Part shown: one piece after another, positions 1 through 11,727 of the stretch
Numbering within the stretch: position 1 is the stretch's first letter
Layout of the letters: each line of letters opens with the position of its first letter
DNA from: Torpedo marmorata
Taxonomy: Eukaryota
Assembly (NCBI GenBank): GCA_977017645.1
Contig: OZ360219.1
Location: forward strand, 50,158,001-50,222,000
DNA length: 64,000 bases
Direction of reading: 5' to 3'
Notes under the pieces: model-generated
What the model was told of the DNA's origin: nothing
The model's input: the letters and a program-made list of their open reading frames with translations, nothing else
Databases searched by the model: none
Program-made: the position numbers and the translations under genes

Positions 1-147
1 AGATATGCTCATCTTTTTCTTTCTTTTCTGCGGGTGGTCATAGATAAGGTAAGATTCAAACGACATTGGTACTTTAAACTCATCAACAGCCACGGTATTT
101 GTAGAATCCTTCTGTAAAGAAGCAGGCTGACTCCACTTACGGCTCTT
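1..147 (-). pseudogene. ELOA: Captured Elongin A coding fragment (continues past window start)
   Basis: Manual minus-strand translation gives ...VAVDEFKVPMSFESYLIYDHPQKRKKKMSIS, matching the Elongin A motif [25 protein letters not shown] as I recall it. Upstream boundary approximate. Confidence 0.75.
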
Positions 148-735
148 ACAGATCTCTTCAACTAGAACTGCAGCCTTTTCAGCCACTGTGGTTTCTATTG
201 CCTTTTCCTGCAATTCCAGATCCAATTTTGCAACTTCCAATTCAGTCTCATTTTCTGACAGTTTATTTTGAAGCCTTTTATTAGATTCTCTCTCTGTATT
301 CAATTCTTTCAATAGGAAAGGAATTCTCCCATTATCTTCTGAGAAGTTAGTAACTTGACCTGGAGTGAAAGGGTCATGTGATGCATTTGGTACTTCTGCT
401 TTCAGCCCTGCTGTCGTAAACTCGAAGTGTCTGAATTTCTTCATCTTGCTCCTTACATTGTTGAAATGCAATATCTATTTCTTTCTGCATCGTTATTAGT
501 TGGGCCTTAAGGTACATCTTGATTGTTTTCTGTAGTCAGCTGTCTTGTGTTATTAACCAATGACTTGTTCTCTTTCAAAAGATGAATCTCCTCCTCCAAC
601 TGTATGCATCTTGATACGGCTGAAACCCTTTCCTCAATAACTGCATTCATTTCTTCAGCAGTTATTCTTTTCTTCCACTCTCTGGCTTTGCGAATTCTAT
701 CTAGAATTAAATTTCCATTCTTGTCAACTGCTCTT
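148..735 (-). pseudogene. MIPOL1: Intronless MIPOL1 retrocopy fragment with permuted exon order
   Basis: 735-411 encodes AVDKNGNLILDRIRKAREWKKRITAEEMNAVIEER...TTENNQ, then a frameshift near 515, then LKAQLITMQKEIDIAFQQCKEQDEEIQTLRVYDS. 410-148 encodes GLKAE...RIPFLLKELNTERESNKRLQNKL...LELQEKAIETTVAEKAAVLVEEI. These match recalled MIPOL1 segments IQKNGAIIVDRI...RITAEEMSALIEER...EEIQTLRVYYS and IAFLLKELD...KIAEKTAALVEEV. Confidence 0.85.
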
Positions 736-1261
736 TGGCCTTTTCTCTTGGTCACTTTCAAAACTGAAGAATCATTAGTTTCATTCCCATTTTTCTGAAA
801 ATCAGTTTTGTTTCCAAGTACAAAGTTAAAATCTTTCTGGTTACTGTATTCGTGATTATCCAATATTTCCAAGTCCCTTTTCTACATTTTGTTCTCTGAA
901 GGCAGTTGCACCAATTTTGCAGCCAATTGCTCCTTTATTCCATCAGTGCAATTTTCTGTGTTCACCAGTTTTGCAGCATCTTCTAATACTTCATTTTTAT
1001 CCATTTCTGATGAAAATAATTCCTTCAATGCTGGTTTAGATGCTTTTGATTTATTTTCGTCAGTATGATTTTCATTATTTTCACATTGATCTGTTTTCTT
1101 TTCTTCAGAAGTGGCTTTCTTATTTATAGTCTTTTGTTGCAGTGTTGACTTTTCCTTAACACGCGCTCTGAACAGAGGCTCTCCAGAAGAATCTGATTCA
1201 ATCTCAACATAAACAGAAGGAACATCTATTTTCTGCCTTTTATTTCCCTTTGTTCTCTCTG

Positions 1262-4060
1262 TTTCAGGTATGCATATTCCTCCTTTCTTTAAAGGTAATC
1301 CAATGCAATAATGGCCATCGACGAGCTTGGCAGATTTTGAGACTAAATCCAAGAACTGCTTGTCTTCTTTTGAAGATTCTTGGTCGTCACTGAGGCACTA
1401 AGGAAAGTCAGTTCTGAACTGCTGTTCACACAGCTCATCATGTTTTCACAACCGATGTCCTGTTGACACTTGTCACTGACTGCTCCTGAGTGATATTATT
1501 TCCTCCTAATGGTCCATTAATCGTCCAACCAAGCATGGTTTTGACAGTGTAAGGTCCGTCTCCCACACTCCGTATTACATCTAATGGTTCCAGAGCCTTT
1601 GGTACATCTGAGACAATCAGCATCTCTACATCAGAGCCAATTTCAGGGAGATGACCATTCCTCAGATGAGACCACTGATCGATATCGTTTTGATGTGGGA
1701 CGTTTCCTTCGTGCACAGGCATAGCCTTCTGAATGTATATGTCTGGGAGATCACAAAAATCGCTGCTGTCCAGTCCAGCAACCTCTAAGCCTGAAACAAT
1801 GCTGGTTTCAATGACCTTCCTTTGACCCATAGTTCTCAATAGAATCCTTGACCTTCTTCCCTAAAGATTAAGCTTATTCATTAGCCCCACTGTGCAAAAT
1901 GATGCAGTGCTACCTGGGTCAAGAAATGCATAAGTATGCACTGTTGCATTCCCCTTCCTGGCCTTGACTTGTACAGGCACTATTGAGAGTTTGCAGTTAT
2001 CCTCACCGGCCCCAGTAAGACCACTTGTCTGAACAGAGGCGATAGCACTGTTTTTAACTGCTTCCTTTGTTTCTGCTTTCTCATTTTCTGTTTCCTTCTT
2101 TCTTTGGTGAATATGCAGCATCCTAGGATGCTTTAAACCGCATATGTTGCAGCTGAGTCGCTTCCTGCAGTTTTTGCTGATGTGTCCTTTACACAGACAG
2201 CCAAAACATACTCCATTTTCTTTTAGGAAAGTGCTTTTCTCACTATGTGCCCTCTTTTCCAACTGTGGACACTTCTCCAAAGCATGTCCACCTCCACAGA
2301 ACAAACAGTTATTCACAGCAGGCAAACTCTCCTTTTCCTTAGTTCCTTTATCATTTTTCTTATCTGCAACTGTCACCGTGGTAGCAAAGATACTTTATTT
2401 TAATCTTGGATGAGGCTGTAACTTGGACCTCCTTCCATCTTTGCTCACTGTTTGAGTGTCTTTGATATCTCCAAATACCGTCTCTGTTGCAATCCTCACT
2501 TGCCTTACAAGGAAATCCACCATATCCTTAAAGGTAACCTTTTAATTGTGTTTTTCCTGGAATTCACAGACCACAGTTCTCCATATATCCCTCATTCGGT
2601 ATGGCAACTTCCTCATGATGACTAGCATATTAGCAGACATGTTAAGCTCATGCATGTAGTCGATATCTTCCATGGCATTACAACATCCTCTAAGAAAGAG
2701 TGTATATGCTTGTAGAGCCCTTGTGTCATCCGGTTTTATCGATGACCATGAAAGAGCTTTCTCCATATAAGCTGTAGCAATTTTATGCTCATTGCGAAAA
2801 TGCTCCTGCAGTAAAGACTTAGCCTTCCTGAATCCTCTGTCCGAGGCCATATGTAGGCAACTCCTTACAAGTTCCCTTGGCTGTTCACTTGTGTACTGTT
2901 CCAGATAATAGAGACAATCTCTGTGGTTTTTGTTCTTGCTTTCAATATTGTGTTCAAAGGATTTAATGAATGCTTGGTACTGAAGTGGGTCACCATCAAA
3001 AACTTGAACCTCCTTCTTGGGCATGGAAGAGAAACCCTGTAACTGAATTAATGATGCAGTGATTTCATTTTGCTTTCCATGACTGAGAATATGTTGCTCT
3101 GTTCACTGTTGCTTGTAGCAGGTAATGTAGCTGGAGATGTCACATGTGCATGTTCACCCGGATTTCTGATGCTTGACTGCAGTGTCAAGGGAGCTGCGGC
3201 GATAGACCAGACCCGAGCCGCAGCTCTGTCTGCGGTTGTTACCACTGGTGCTTGTGGATTGGTAACACCGTGCCTTGGGAGGATTTGTCCATGTGTATGC
3301 ATGTCTTGTAACTGTGGTACAAAAGGATCTGCCTTAACATTAAATGTTTTCCTTTCCTGTTTTCCTTTCTCAAGATATGAGTCCACACCATCAGACACTT
3401 CAGATAAGTTACTTTGAACACCGGATCTCTTTGAGGCTCCTAGTACCCTCGCCTTGGCCATAGTAGCAGCAATGTTTGCATCCAGCTCCAGCTGCTTTTT
3501 TTTCCTCCTTAGCTGCCTCCTTAGCTGCTCCTATTCCCTCCTTAGCTGTTCCTCTTTCCTCCTTAACTGCTCCTCCTGCTCTTCCTCTTGTTCTTCTAAG
3601 GAATATTTATCATCAAGCAATTTTTGTTGTGTAACAAGAGCAGCCACTTCAGCTTGAGCCTTTAAACGTGCAAATGTTGTACTGGAAACTCTGGAGCTTG
3701 ATCCAGAAGAACTTCATTTGCTTCTCCTGCTTCCAACATTTGACACACTGTCACCTGGTTGTATTTCATCCTGCATGTCAGATGTTGCCTTAATACTTGA
3801 CTCTTTCTCCAGTTTGAGTTGCATATCCTTTGCATCTTCATCTCTTCACCACCATTTTGTGAGACACCTTCAGCCATTTCCAAGTTGCTGACTTTAAATT
3901 CAGTCGATGTCTTCTGCAGTGGTTTTAATCGTGCCTCAGTGGCGATGTTGGTAGCAATGGCGGTGGCCATTTTACACTCTCCATCCAACTGTCCGCCGAG
4001 CTTGAGCACCAAGAGCGCACAACATGCGCACAAAATCAACGGTCCCCAATGGACAAGCAG
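1262..4060 (-). pseudogene. BEL/Pao gag-protease pseudogene, truncated before RT
   Basis: Fragmented ORFs: PKKEVQVFDGDPLQYQAFIKSFE (DUF1759-like gag), Cys/His knuckles (CLFCGGGHALEKC, CFGCLCKGHISKNC), protease AFLDPGSTASF, GPYTVKTMLGWTINGP, DGHYCIGLPLK; many stops and frameshifts. Confidence 0.9.
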
Positions 4061-4485
4061 CAGCACCTCAAAACTGTGTTCAAACTAAATAAATATACAG
4101 AAGGAGTCAACAAACGTAATCCTACCGCTTTTGATGGCTGTGATGCGCTGCTGTCAACGAGCCAGTTTCCACCGCGGCTGCAGCCAATGATATTGCTGTT
4201 TCTCAGGAAATGGCTCTACCAACGAGTCTATAGGATGTTCTGCTCTTGGACAAGCAGCTCTGGACCCCTCTATAGCTAACACTCGGACCGATGGAGGCAG
4301 ATTGCTGTCAGCAGCCTGCACTCAGCATTTCCAACATGGCCACCATATTGTGTTCAGTATCACTCCAAACCAAAGACTTTGTTAGGACTGTTTCCCCTCC
4401 AAATGTTTCAAATACATTTTCTGTTGACTAAATGTAGCGACTACTATCCATAAAAGCTGCTTGGAGGCTAGGTGGGGCTCTTTAC

Positions 4486-4977
4486 TGTGACACGTTTCGA
4501 TATAATCTACTACTAAGTCCAGATGAGTTTTTTAACGGTTTATTAATTAACACAAAAGGACTCGTAATGTCCGTGGTAACATTCTTAATAATATCGTAAC
4601 GTGCTTTCTAACGATAACATATAACGACCAGTCTCTTCGGTAACGTAACATTTAATCCCGTCGGCAACGGTCAACAGAAAATATGCGAGCCTCACTCACA
4701 CTCTTCGTCTCTATCGATAAAGAATTCACGCCCCAACACCCGCGCCTGCACCAACCTTCCCCAGTACATGAAAGCGAAATCCATCGCGCATGTGCCAAAC
4801 GTCCGAAGAGAATAGAGCATGCATGGATGCAACATGGCGCTGGAAAAGGGCAGCGTCGACGGGAACAGCAGCAGAAACGACGGCAGCAGCCGGACATCAC
4901 AGCCTTCGGACCCCGGGATGCCGCCGATGCCTGCAACCAACCCAACAGAGGTAAACAATGAGCCTTTGGCTCTTACA
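4486..4977 (-). repeat. Probable 5' LTR of the BEL/Pao element
   Basis: Minus strand reads TGTAAGA...GTGTCACA, followed by GTAAAG upstream of gag; GC-rich block. No second LTR in the window to confirm. Confidence 0.45.
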
Positions 4978-5542
4978 GAAAGTGTTTCAGAAAGATTGAG
5001 ATAACCAACTGCAGGAAGAGGATCAGCAATCAGAACTGAGGCAAACTCAATGAAGGAACTTGGAGCAGGGAATCGAATGACGATGACGGGGTGAATAATT
5101 GTGTAGACCTAGAGATAATTTAACCCATTTAGGAATTTGCCAACCAGGGAATTTGGCTCAAGGGAATTTTGCAAACAAAAAAAATCAATTGGCCAACCTA
5201 CAGTAGTGCAGGATTTCAGAGATTTGTTACAGTTGTCCTCAGTGCATGGAACTTGCTGCTGTTTCATCTAATTTGCACAAAATAATTCCTTCTGCACTCA
5301 CAGCTATAATTTATTGACTTTTTGCCACTCCAATGATAACATAATTACAGGTTTTTCTCCCTCATTGACGCGGTGCTCATTTGATGTATTACTTTGCTTT
5401 CAAATTAAGTTTTTGTATGATAATTGTGGAATAAATTGAATAAAGATTGTGTCCTCCTTTGGACTTTCCACCACAATTCCTCTCACCTCGTTGCACCAAT
5501 GACTCATATTGTATGGGCTGAAGGGCCTGTTTACACTGTAGT

Positions 5543-8500
5543 TGTGGTAAACCACTGTAAATACCTGTATATATGTTTATGGTCGTCTGGACACTCCCCT
5601 TACTGACTGTACCTGTGGCTCCTCCCACAGACCCCTGAATAAAGGCTATTGTGCCACAGCTCCCTCCCCAGTCCAGCTCAGACGACCACCAGGAGTGTAC
5701 ATCCATTCCAATGTGAATAAAAGCCTATCAGTTCTTGCCTAACTTCTAGTCTTTGGAGTTATTGATGGTGCATCAATTTTATTCACATTGCTTTCGATAA
5801 TGGATCAATATCTGAAGCCTGAAAAGTTGGAGCTAGACCCTCAATCATCCGAGGCATCCAACGGTTTTGAACATTGGTGCGTTGTTTCAAGTCATTCTTC
5901 AGGGCTTCTGCTGCTGTCGTTCAATCTGAGGACGACAAACTGCAATTGCTGCATTCCTGGGTCGGGCCCCTGGTGTACTCGATGATCAGGTACGCTGAAT
6001 CTTACCGGGAGGCCATGGACACACTGAAAGGCCAGTACCTGAAGAAGGTAAACGAGGTCTATGTGAGACATCTCCTGGTTACCCGAAAACAGCGACCTGG
6101 GGAGTCAAGTGATGAGTACCTACGAGCCCTGCGAACCCTCGGACGGGCCTGCAACTGCACGTCCGTTATGGCCGCGACGTACACAGAGGACCTCATAGGA
6201 GGTGCCTATGACGCCGGTATCCGATCGAACTACATAAGGCAGAGACTGTTGGAGCCAGGTGAGCTTGATTTACAGAGGGCCATGGACCTAGCCGGCATGC
6301 TAGAAGTGGCCTCCAAAACACGGACGCGTACTCTGCCAATAACGCAGCCGCTGCTGTCTTGGGACGCGGGAGGGCCGCAAGCCTGTGGAACATTGCCACG
6401 TTCCGTCAGCGACTCGATCACGGCTGCTATGACCCGCAATCAGCCGAAGTGCTACTTCCGCGGGCTGGATAAGCACCCCCGGAAACGCTGCCCAGCGAAA
6501 GACACGGTCTGCGCTAACTGCAGGAAGAAGGGACACTACGCGAAAGTCTGTAGTCCCAACCACCCTCTAGACACAGCAGCGCCGCATGCGAGCAGAGGGT
6601 GCCGCCATCTTGGGCACCGCCATCTTCCCAACCAGCAGCGCCGCGTGCGAACCATGGGGGCCGCCATCTTGGGTGCTGCCATCTTGGGACCGAACACCCG
6701 AACACCGCATCACCCCCACAGAATCCGACAGCGACTCCGCACTGACCTCCATCACACTGGACCAAGGGAGCCCCCATCAACTCTCCAGATCGATGATGGA
6801 CATTGAGGTGGATGGCCTCTTTGATAGTGGGAGCACAGAGAGTTTTATACACCCCGACACGGTACAGCGTTACCGCCGCGCGGTAATGCCGGTAAGCCAC
6901 AAAAGTCTCCATGGTGTCCAAGTCCCACACAGCAGAGGTCCGCGGTTACTGTATAGTGACCCTGACTGTACTGGGCATAGAATATAAACCTTTTAAATTA
7001 CTAATCATGTCACAGCTCTGCGCGGATGTGTTACTGGGACTAGACTTCCAATGTCACCCTAAAAGCGTGACATTGGAGTACGATGGACCCCACCCCCCTT
7101 AACCATCTGTAATGCGCAGTTTGTAAACCGCCCTTCACAACTCACCCACGGAAGCCTCCCAGTTTCCCCTCCCATCGCGTCCAGCCAGCGACTCATCGAT
7201 CGCACACCGCGCGCGACCTGCGGCCTTTCTACCCTCCGGATCACCCCCCCACCGCTGTTCTCTAACCTTACCCCCGATTGAAAACCCGTGGCCACCAAAA
7301 GTAGGCAATACAGTGCCGGGGACAGGGCCTTTATCAGGTCGGAAGTGCAGCGGCTATTGAAGGAGGGGATTATTGAAGCCAGCACCAGCCCCTGGAGAGC
7401 CCAAGTGGTGGTGGTAAAGAATGGGGAGAAGAACAGGATGGTCATCGACTATAGTCAGACCATCAACAAATATATGCAGCTTGACGCGTACCCCCTCCCC
7501 CGCATACCTGACATGGTAAACCAGATCGCCCAATACTGGGTGTTCTCCACCATCGACTTAAAGTCGGCATACCACCAACTCCCCATCCGACCGGAGGACC
7601 GCCAATACACTGCCTTCGAGGCAGATGGCCGCCTCTATCACTTTCTGAGGGTTCCTTTTGGTGTCACCAACGGGGTCTCGGTCTTCCAGCAGGAGATAGA
7701 CCAAATGGTCGACCAGTACGGGCTGCAGACCACATTCCCGTATCTGGATAATATCACCATTTGCGGCCATGACTTACAGGATCATTAAGCCAACCTCCAA
7801 AAATTCCTCCAGACCGCCAAGCTCCTCAACCTTACTTATAATAAGGATAAATGCGTCTTTGGCACAACACGCCTGGCGATCCTTGGCTGCTTCGTACAGG
7901 ATGGAGTAATTGCCCAGATCCAGCCCGCATGCGCCTCCTGTTGGAACTCCCCCTTCCCCACAGCCTTAAAGCCCTGAAAAGGTGCCTGGGCTTCTTTTCC
8001 TATTATGCTCAGTGGGTCCCCAATTATGCGAACAAGGCCCGCCCCCTCGAAAAATCCACCTCTTTTCCCCTGACGTCAGAGGCCTGTGCGGCCTTCATCT
8101 GCATCAAAGCGGACATCGCCAAGGCCGCGATGCATGCTGTGGACGAATCCAGTGTAGAGCGATGCGTCCGATTTCGCCCTGGCTGCCACCCTCAACCAAG
8201 CGGGCAGACCCGTAGCTTTCTTTTCCCACACCATCCAGGGCCCAGAAATCCGACACTCCTCAGTTGAGAAAGAGGCCCAAGTCATTGTTGAGGTGGTGCG
8301 GCACTGGAGGCACTACCTCGCCGGAAAATGATTCACCTTGCTAACTGACCAACGTTCAGTTGCGTTTATGTTCAATAACCAACAGCAAGGTAAAATTAAG
8401 AACGACAAGATTCTGAGGTGGAGAATTGAACTTTCCACCTACAATTGCGATATCTTGTAAACTCAATGAGCCCCCAGATGCTCTTTCCTGCAGAACATGT

Positions 8501-9919
8501 GCTAGCGCACAAATAGACCGCCAAGAAGCCCTCCTCAGCGACCTCTGCCACCCTGGGGTCACCAGATTCTTCCATTTTATAAAAGCCCGCAACCTTCCTT
8601 ACTCCATTGAGGAGGTCAGGACCATGACCAGGAACTGCCAGATCTGTGCAGAGTGCAAACTGCACTTCTACCGACCAGACAGAGCGCACCTGATAAAAGC
8701 CACACGCCCCTTTGAACGCCTGAGCGTTGACTTCAAGTGACCCCTTCCCTCCTCTGACCGCAACGTGTACTTCCTCAACATTATTGATGTGTACTCACAT
8801 TACCCCTTCGCCATCCCCTGCCCGGACATGACAACAGCCATAGCATTCAAGGTCCTACGCAACCTTTTCCCCCTATTCGGGTACCCCTGCTATATCCATA
8901 GCGGCCGGGAGTCCTCTTTTATGAGTGATGAGCTGCGTCAGTACCTGCTGGCCAGAGGCATCGCCACGAGTAGGACCACCAGTTATAATCCCCGAGGGAA
9001 CGGGCAGGTGGAGAGGAAGAACGCTACCGTTTGGAAGGCCACCCCCTAGCCCTAAGGTCAAGAGGTCTTCCAGTCTCCCGCTGGCAAGAGGTACTCCCCG
9101 AGGCACTCCATTCAATCAGATCACTCTTGTGCACAGCCACCAATGCCACTACACATGAGAGAATGTTTTCCTTTCCTTGGAAGTCTGCTTCAGGGACCAC
9201 GTTACCGTCCTGGCTGACGTCCCCAGGGCCGGTCCTACTCCAGAGGCATGTGAGGAGCCATAAGCATGACCCACTGGTCGAAAGGGTCCATCTCCTCCAC
9301 GCCAACCCCCAATACGCCTACGTGACGTACCCTGATGGGCAGGAGGACACAGTCTCCGTTCGGGATCTGGCGCCCTCGTGAGCCACTGACACCACTGACG
9401 ACCGTCCTGCCCCCTCCCCACCCACCGCCACCCACGATGCACCGTTACCATGACAAGTGAATGCAGCTCTGGGGGATGGCTTGTCAGATACTTCGCCGGC
9501 ACACATCCACCAACACAGAGCCAACAACAACACACAGGTGGTCCAATCAGGACTGGATGCAACAGCTGCGCCGCAGCCGGTACTACGACGGTCGCAGCGG
9601 CAGACCAGACCACCTGAAAGACTGAATCTGTGAGAACTTTAATTCACTTCACCCCGCAGGACTCTTTTTTAAAAAGGAGGGGTGAATGTGGTAAACCACT
9701 GTAAATACCTGTATATATGTTCATGGTCATCTGGACACGCCCCTTACTGGCTGTACCTGTGGCTCCTCCCACAGACCCCTGAATAAAGGCTATCGTGCCA
9801 CAGCTCCCTCCCCAGTCCAGCTCAGACGACCACCAGGATTGTGCATCCATTCCAATGTGAATAAAAGCCTCTCAGTTCCTGCATAACTTCTAGTCTTTGG
9901 AGTTATTGATGGTGCATCA
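5543..9919 (+). mobile_element. Ty3/Gypsy (Mag-like) element E1, full length, degenerate
   Basis: LTRs 5543-5775 and 9687-9919 (TG...CA, about 10 differences), TSD GTAGT, PPT AAAAAGGAGGGGTGAA before the 3' LTR. Confidence 0.97.
5800..9633 (+). pseudogene. E1 gag-pol (Gag/CCHC, PR, RT, RNase H, IN), disrupted
   Basis: CANCRKKGHYAKVC, LFDSGSTESF, YLDNI, HPGVTR and NGQVER motifs spread over frameshifted ORFs. Confidence 0.93.
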
Positions 9920-9939
9920 GTAGTGTTTTATGCTTTTAT

Positions 9940-10915
9940 GGATTAAGGTTGAGGGGTGATATGCAGAGGTATATAGTCATGATACGACACAGAGAAGGTG
10001 AATGATCACCTTTTTTTCCCCCACGGTAGGGGGAACTAGAGGGCATAGATTTAAGGTAAGAGGGAAGAGATTTAAAATGGACTTGAGAGGCAACTTTTTC
10101 ACACAGCAGGCAGTAGGTATGTGGATTGAGCTGTCGGAGGAAGTGAAAGTGACAGAGGCACATATAATTAGAACATTTAATAAACATTTAGATACAGGGA
10201 TAGGAAAGGTTTACAGATGGGATCAGCTTAGGTCGGCAACTTTGACAGCATGGATGTGTGTAGTGTGGATTGTGCAGGGTCACGTAGCCTCTCCGCCTGG
10301 AACCTAGTCGGCAGTCACCTCACCTGTCAATCAAGGTCAAGCCCTGCCCAGAGGTTGGTGAACACCTGGTCATTGGCCCCTTTAATTGCCTCATTGATAC
10401 TTGGGCCGGACTCTCAAGCTGATGACACTATGAAGCCCACCAAGTGTGAGCCATATGCCTCTTCCTCTTCGGGGTCGAAACCTAGCTCCACTCCAGGTTG
10501 TAAACCATGGGCGATGCCGAAGTGTCATTGGTAAGGTGTGCGCAGACAAAAGGTTGGGAGCTGTGTATTGTGTGTTTAGAAATCACTGTCCCTAGTTTAG
10601 AGTAGTTAAGAGCCGTGCCTGCAATATATCAAGGGGTGGCAGATATAGTATATTGTAACTTGATTATAAAGCTTTCTATCTCCGAGCGGTTGCGAGTGTG
10701 TCGTATAATCCAGCAAGCGTGTGGTGCATGTGGTGTGGTGCGTGTGGTGCATGTGTGTCTTTTATCCCTGTTGCGACTCCCCTACATGTGTAAATAAAAA
10801 CCTCTGTTCAGCCAGTCTGTGTTCAGCCTCGTTTCTCTGGGGACTCGTCGAACTTGTTTCTTCACACACTACAACGAGTTGGGCTGAAGGACTTTCTCCA
10901 TGCTGTACAACACAT
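9940..10915 (+). mobile_element. CR1-type LINE 3' fragment interrupted by a solo LTR
   Basis: TRGHRFKVRGKRFKMDLRGNFFTQ motif; tail GAGTTGGGCTGAAGG...GCTGTA resumes after about 10876. Confidence 0.75.
10255..10876 (+). repeat. Solo LTR
   Basis: Short terminal inverted repeats TGTAGTGTG/CACACTACA, AATAAA near 10793, shares CACCTGTCAATCAAGG with the solo LTR at 28800; splits a CR1 tail. Ends approximate. Confidence 0.65.
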
Positions 10916-11162
10916 TGAGTCTCTGACAGTGATCATGGGCTTTTGCATTACAGGTTTAATGTTCTTAAGATGCAACGTTAAACTGGATCTTCGGATTGAG
11001 GTTTAGGACATGATTAGAGAGATATTTATGGACTCACCACTCCGAAGTACGGATGGCAAGAAGTTCTTCCCCTCATGATGTGGAGCAATAGACCCACCAG
11101 TAAAAGATCTCAGCATATCAAGGCCCCTGCTGCTTGAATACTACATCAAGGTTGTTGTTGTT

Positions 11163-11406
11163 TGTAGCACGATCAATGTCCACTCACAGACACAAAGAAA
11201 GTGATCAAAGGCTTTATTGATCAGAAAGTTTGAGCATGCCGCCACATGCTGCTGGCTCACTTCCAAGGCAGGTATAAGGGAGGAGACTAGGGCTCTCAGC
11301 CTTTATTAGGGGATGTAATGGGGAGGGGCTACAGGTTAGCCCGGTGAGCCAGTGAGGACATGCCTGGACATGCCCGGACATACCCGCAGTACCGCGTTCC
11401 ACCACA
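11163..11406 (-). repeat. Solo LTR related to the E1-E5 Gypsy group
   Basis: Minus strand starts TGTGGT, two AATAAA-GC motifs, degenerate terminal hairpin, TSD TTGTT/TTGGT, about 244 bp like the E1-E5 LTRs. Confidence 0.65.
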
Positions 11407-11727
11407 TTGGTTTAAATCGGAGAACTAATTTAAGAGCTCAAGTGCATTCATGTTTGTCAGTGCTTACATATAAGTCAAGCAGCATGAGTCAACAATGAAA
11501 ACAACTAACATAATGAATCTGTGGCACTTTGGGAGCACGAAATCACGTCAGCTCTTCAGGGGAAGTGCAATAAGCTAGGCTAGAGTGAAGCCATAAGTTC
11601 AGTTTCTTGCAGATTGGCATTGAAAGAGTGGAGAGGGAGTTATGAATGAGAGGGAAATGTACACCCCACCACCACTCATCATGTTTCTCAAACAAAGACC
11701 TCCTAATCCTTGAGAAGGAGATAGAGA

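Noticed and set aside
141-150. GGCTCTTACA identical to the putative BEL LTR start (4968-4977) at the MIPOL1/ELOA join
   Set aside because: Only 10 bp, no PPT before it and no further LTR homology; may simply be MIPOL1 sequence.
148-872. Functional MIPOL1 locus
   Set aside because: No introns, a frameshift, permuted order and adjacency to a retrotransposon stub.
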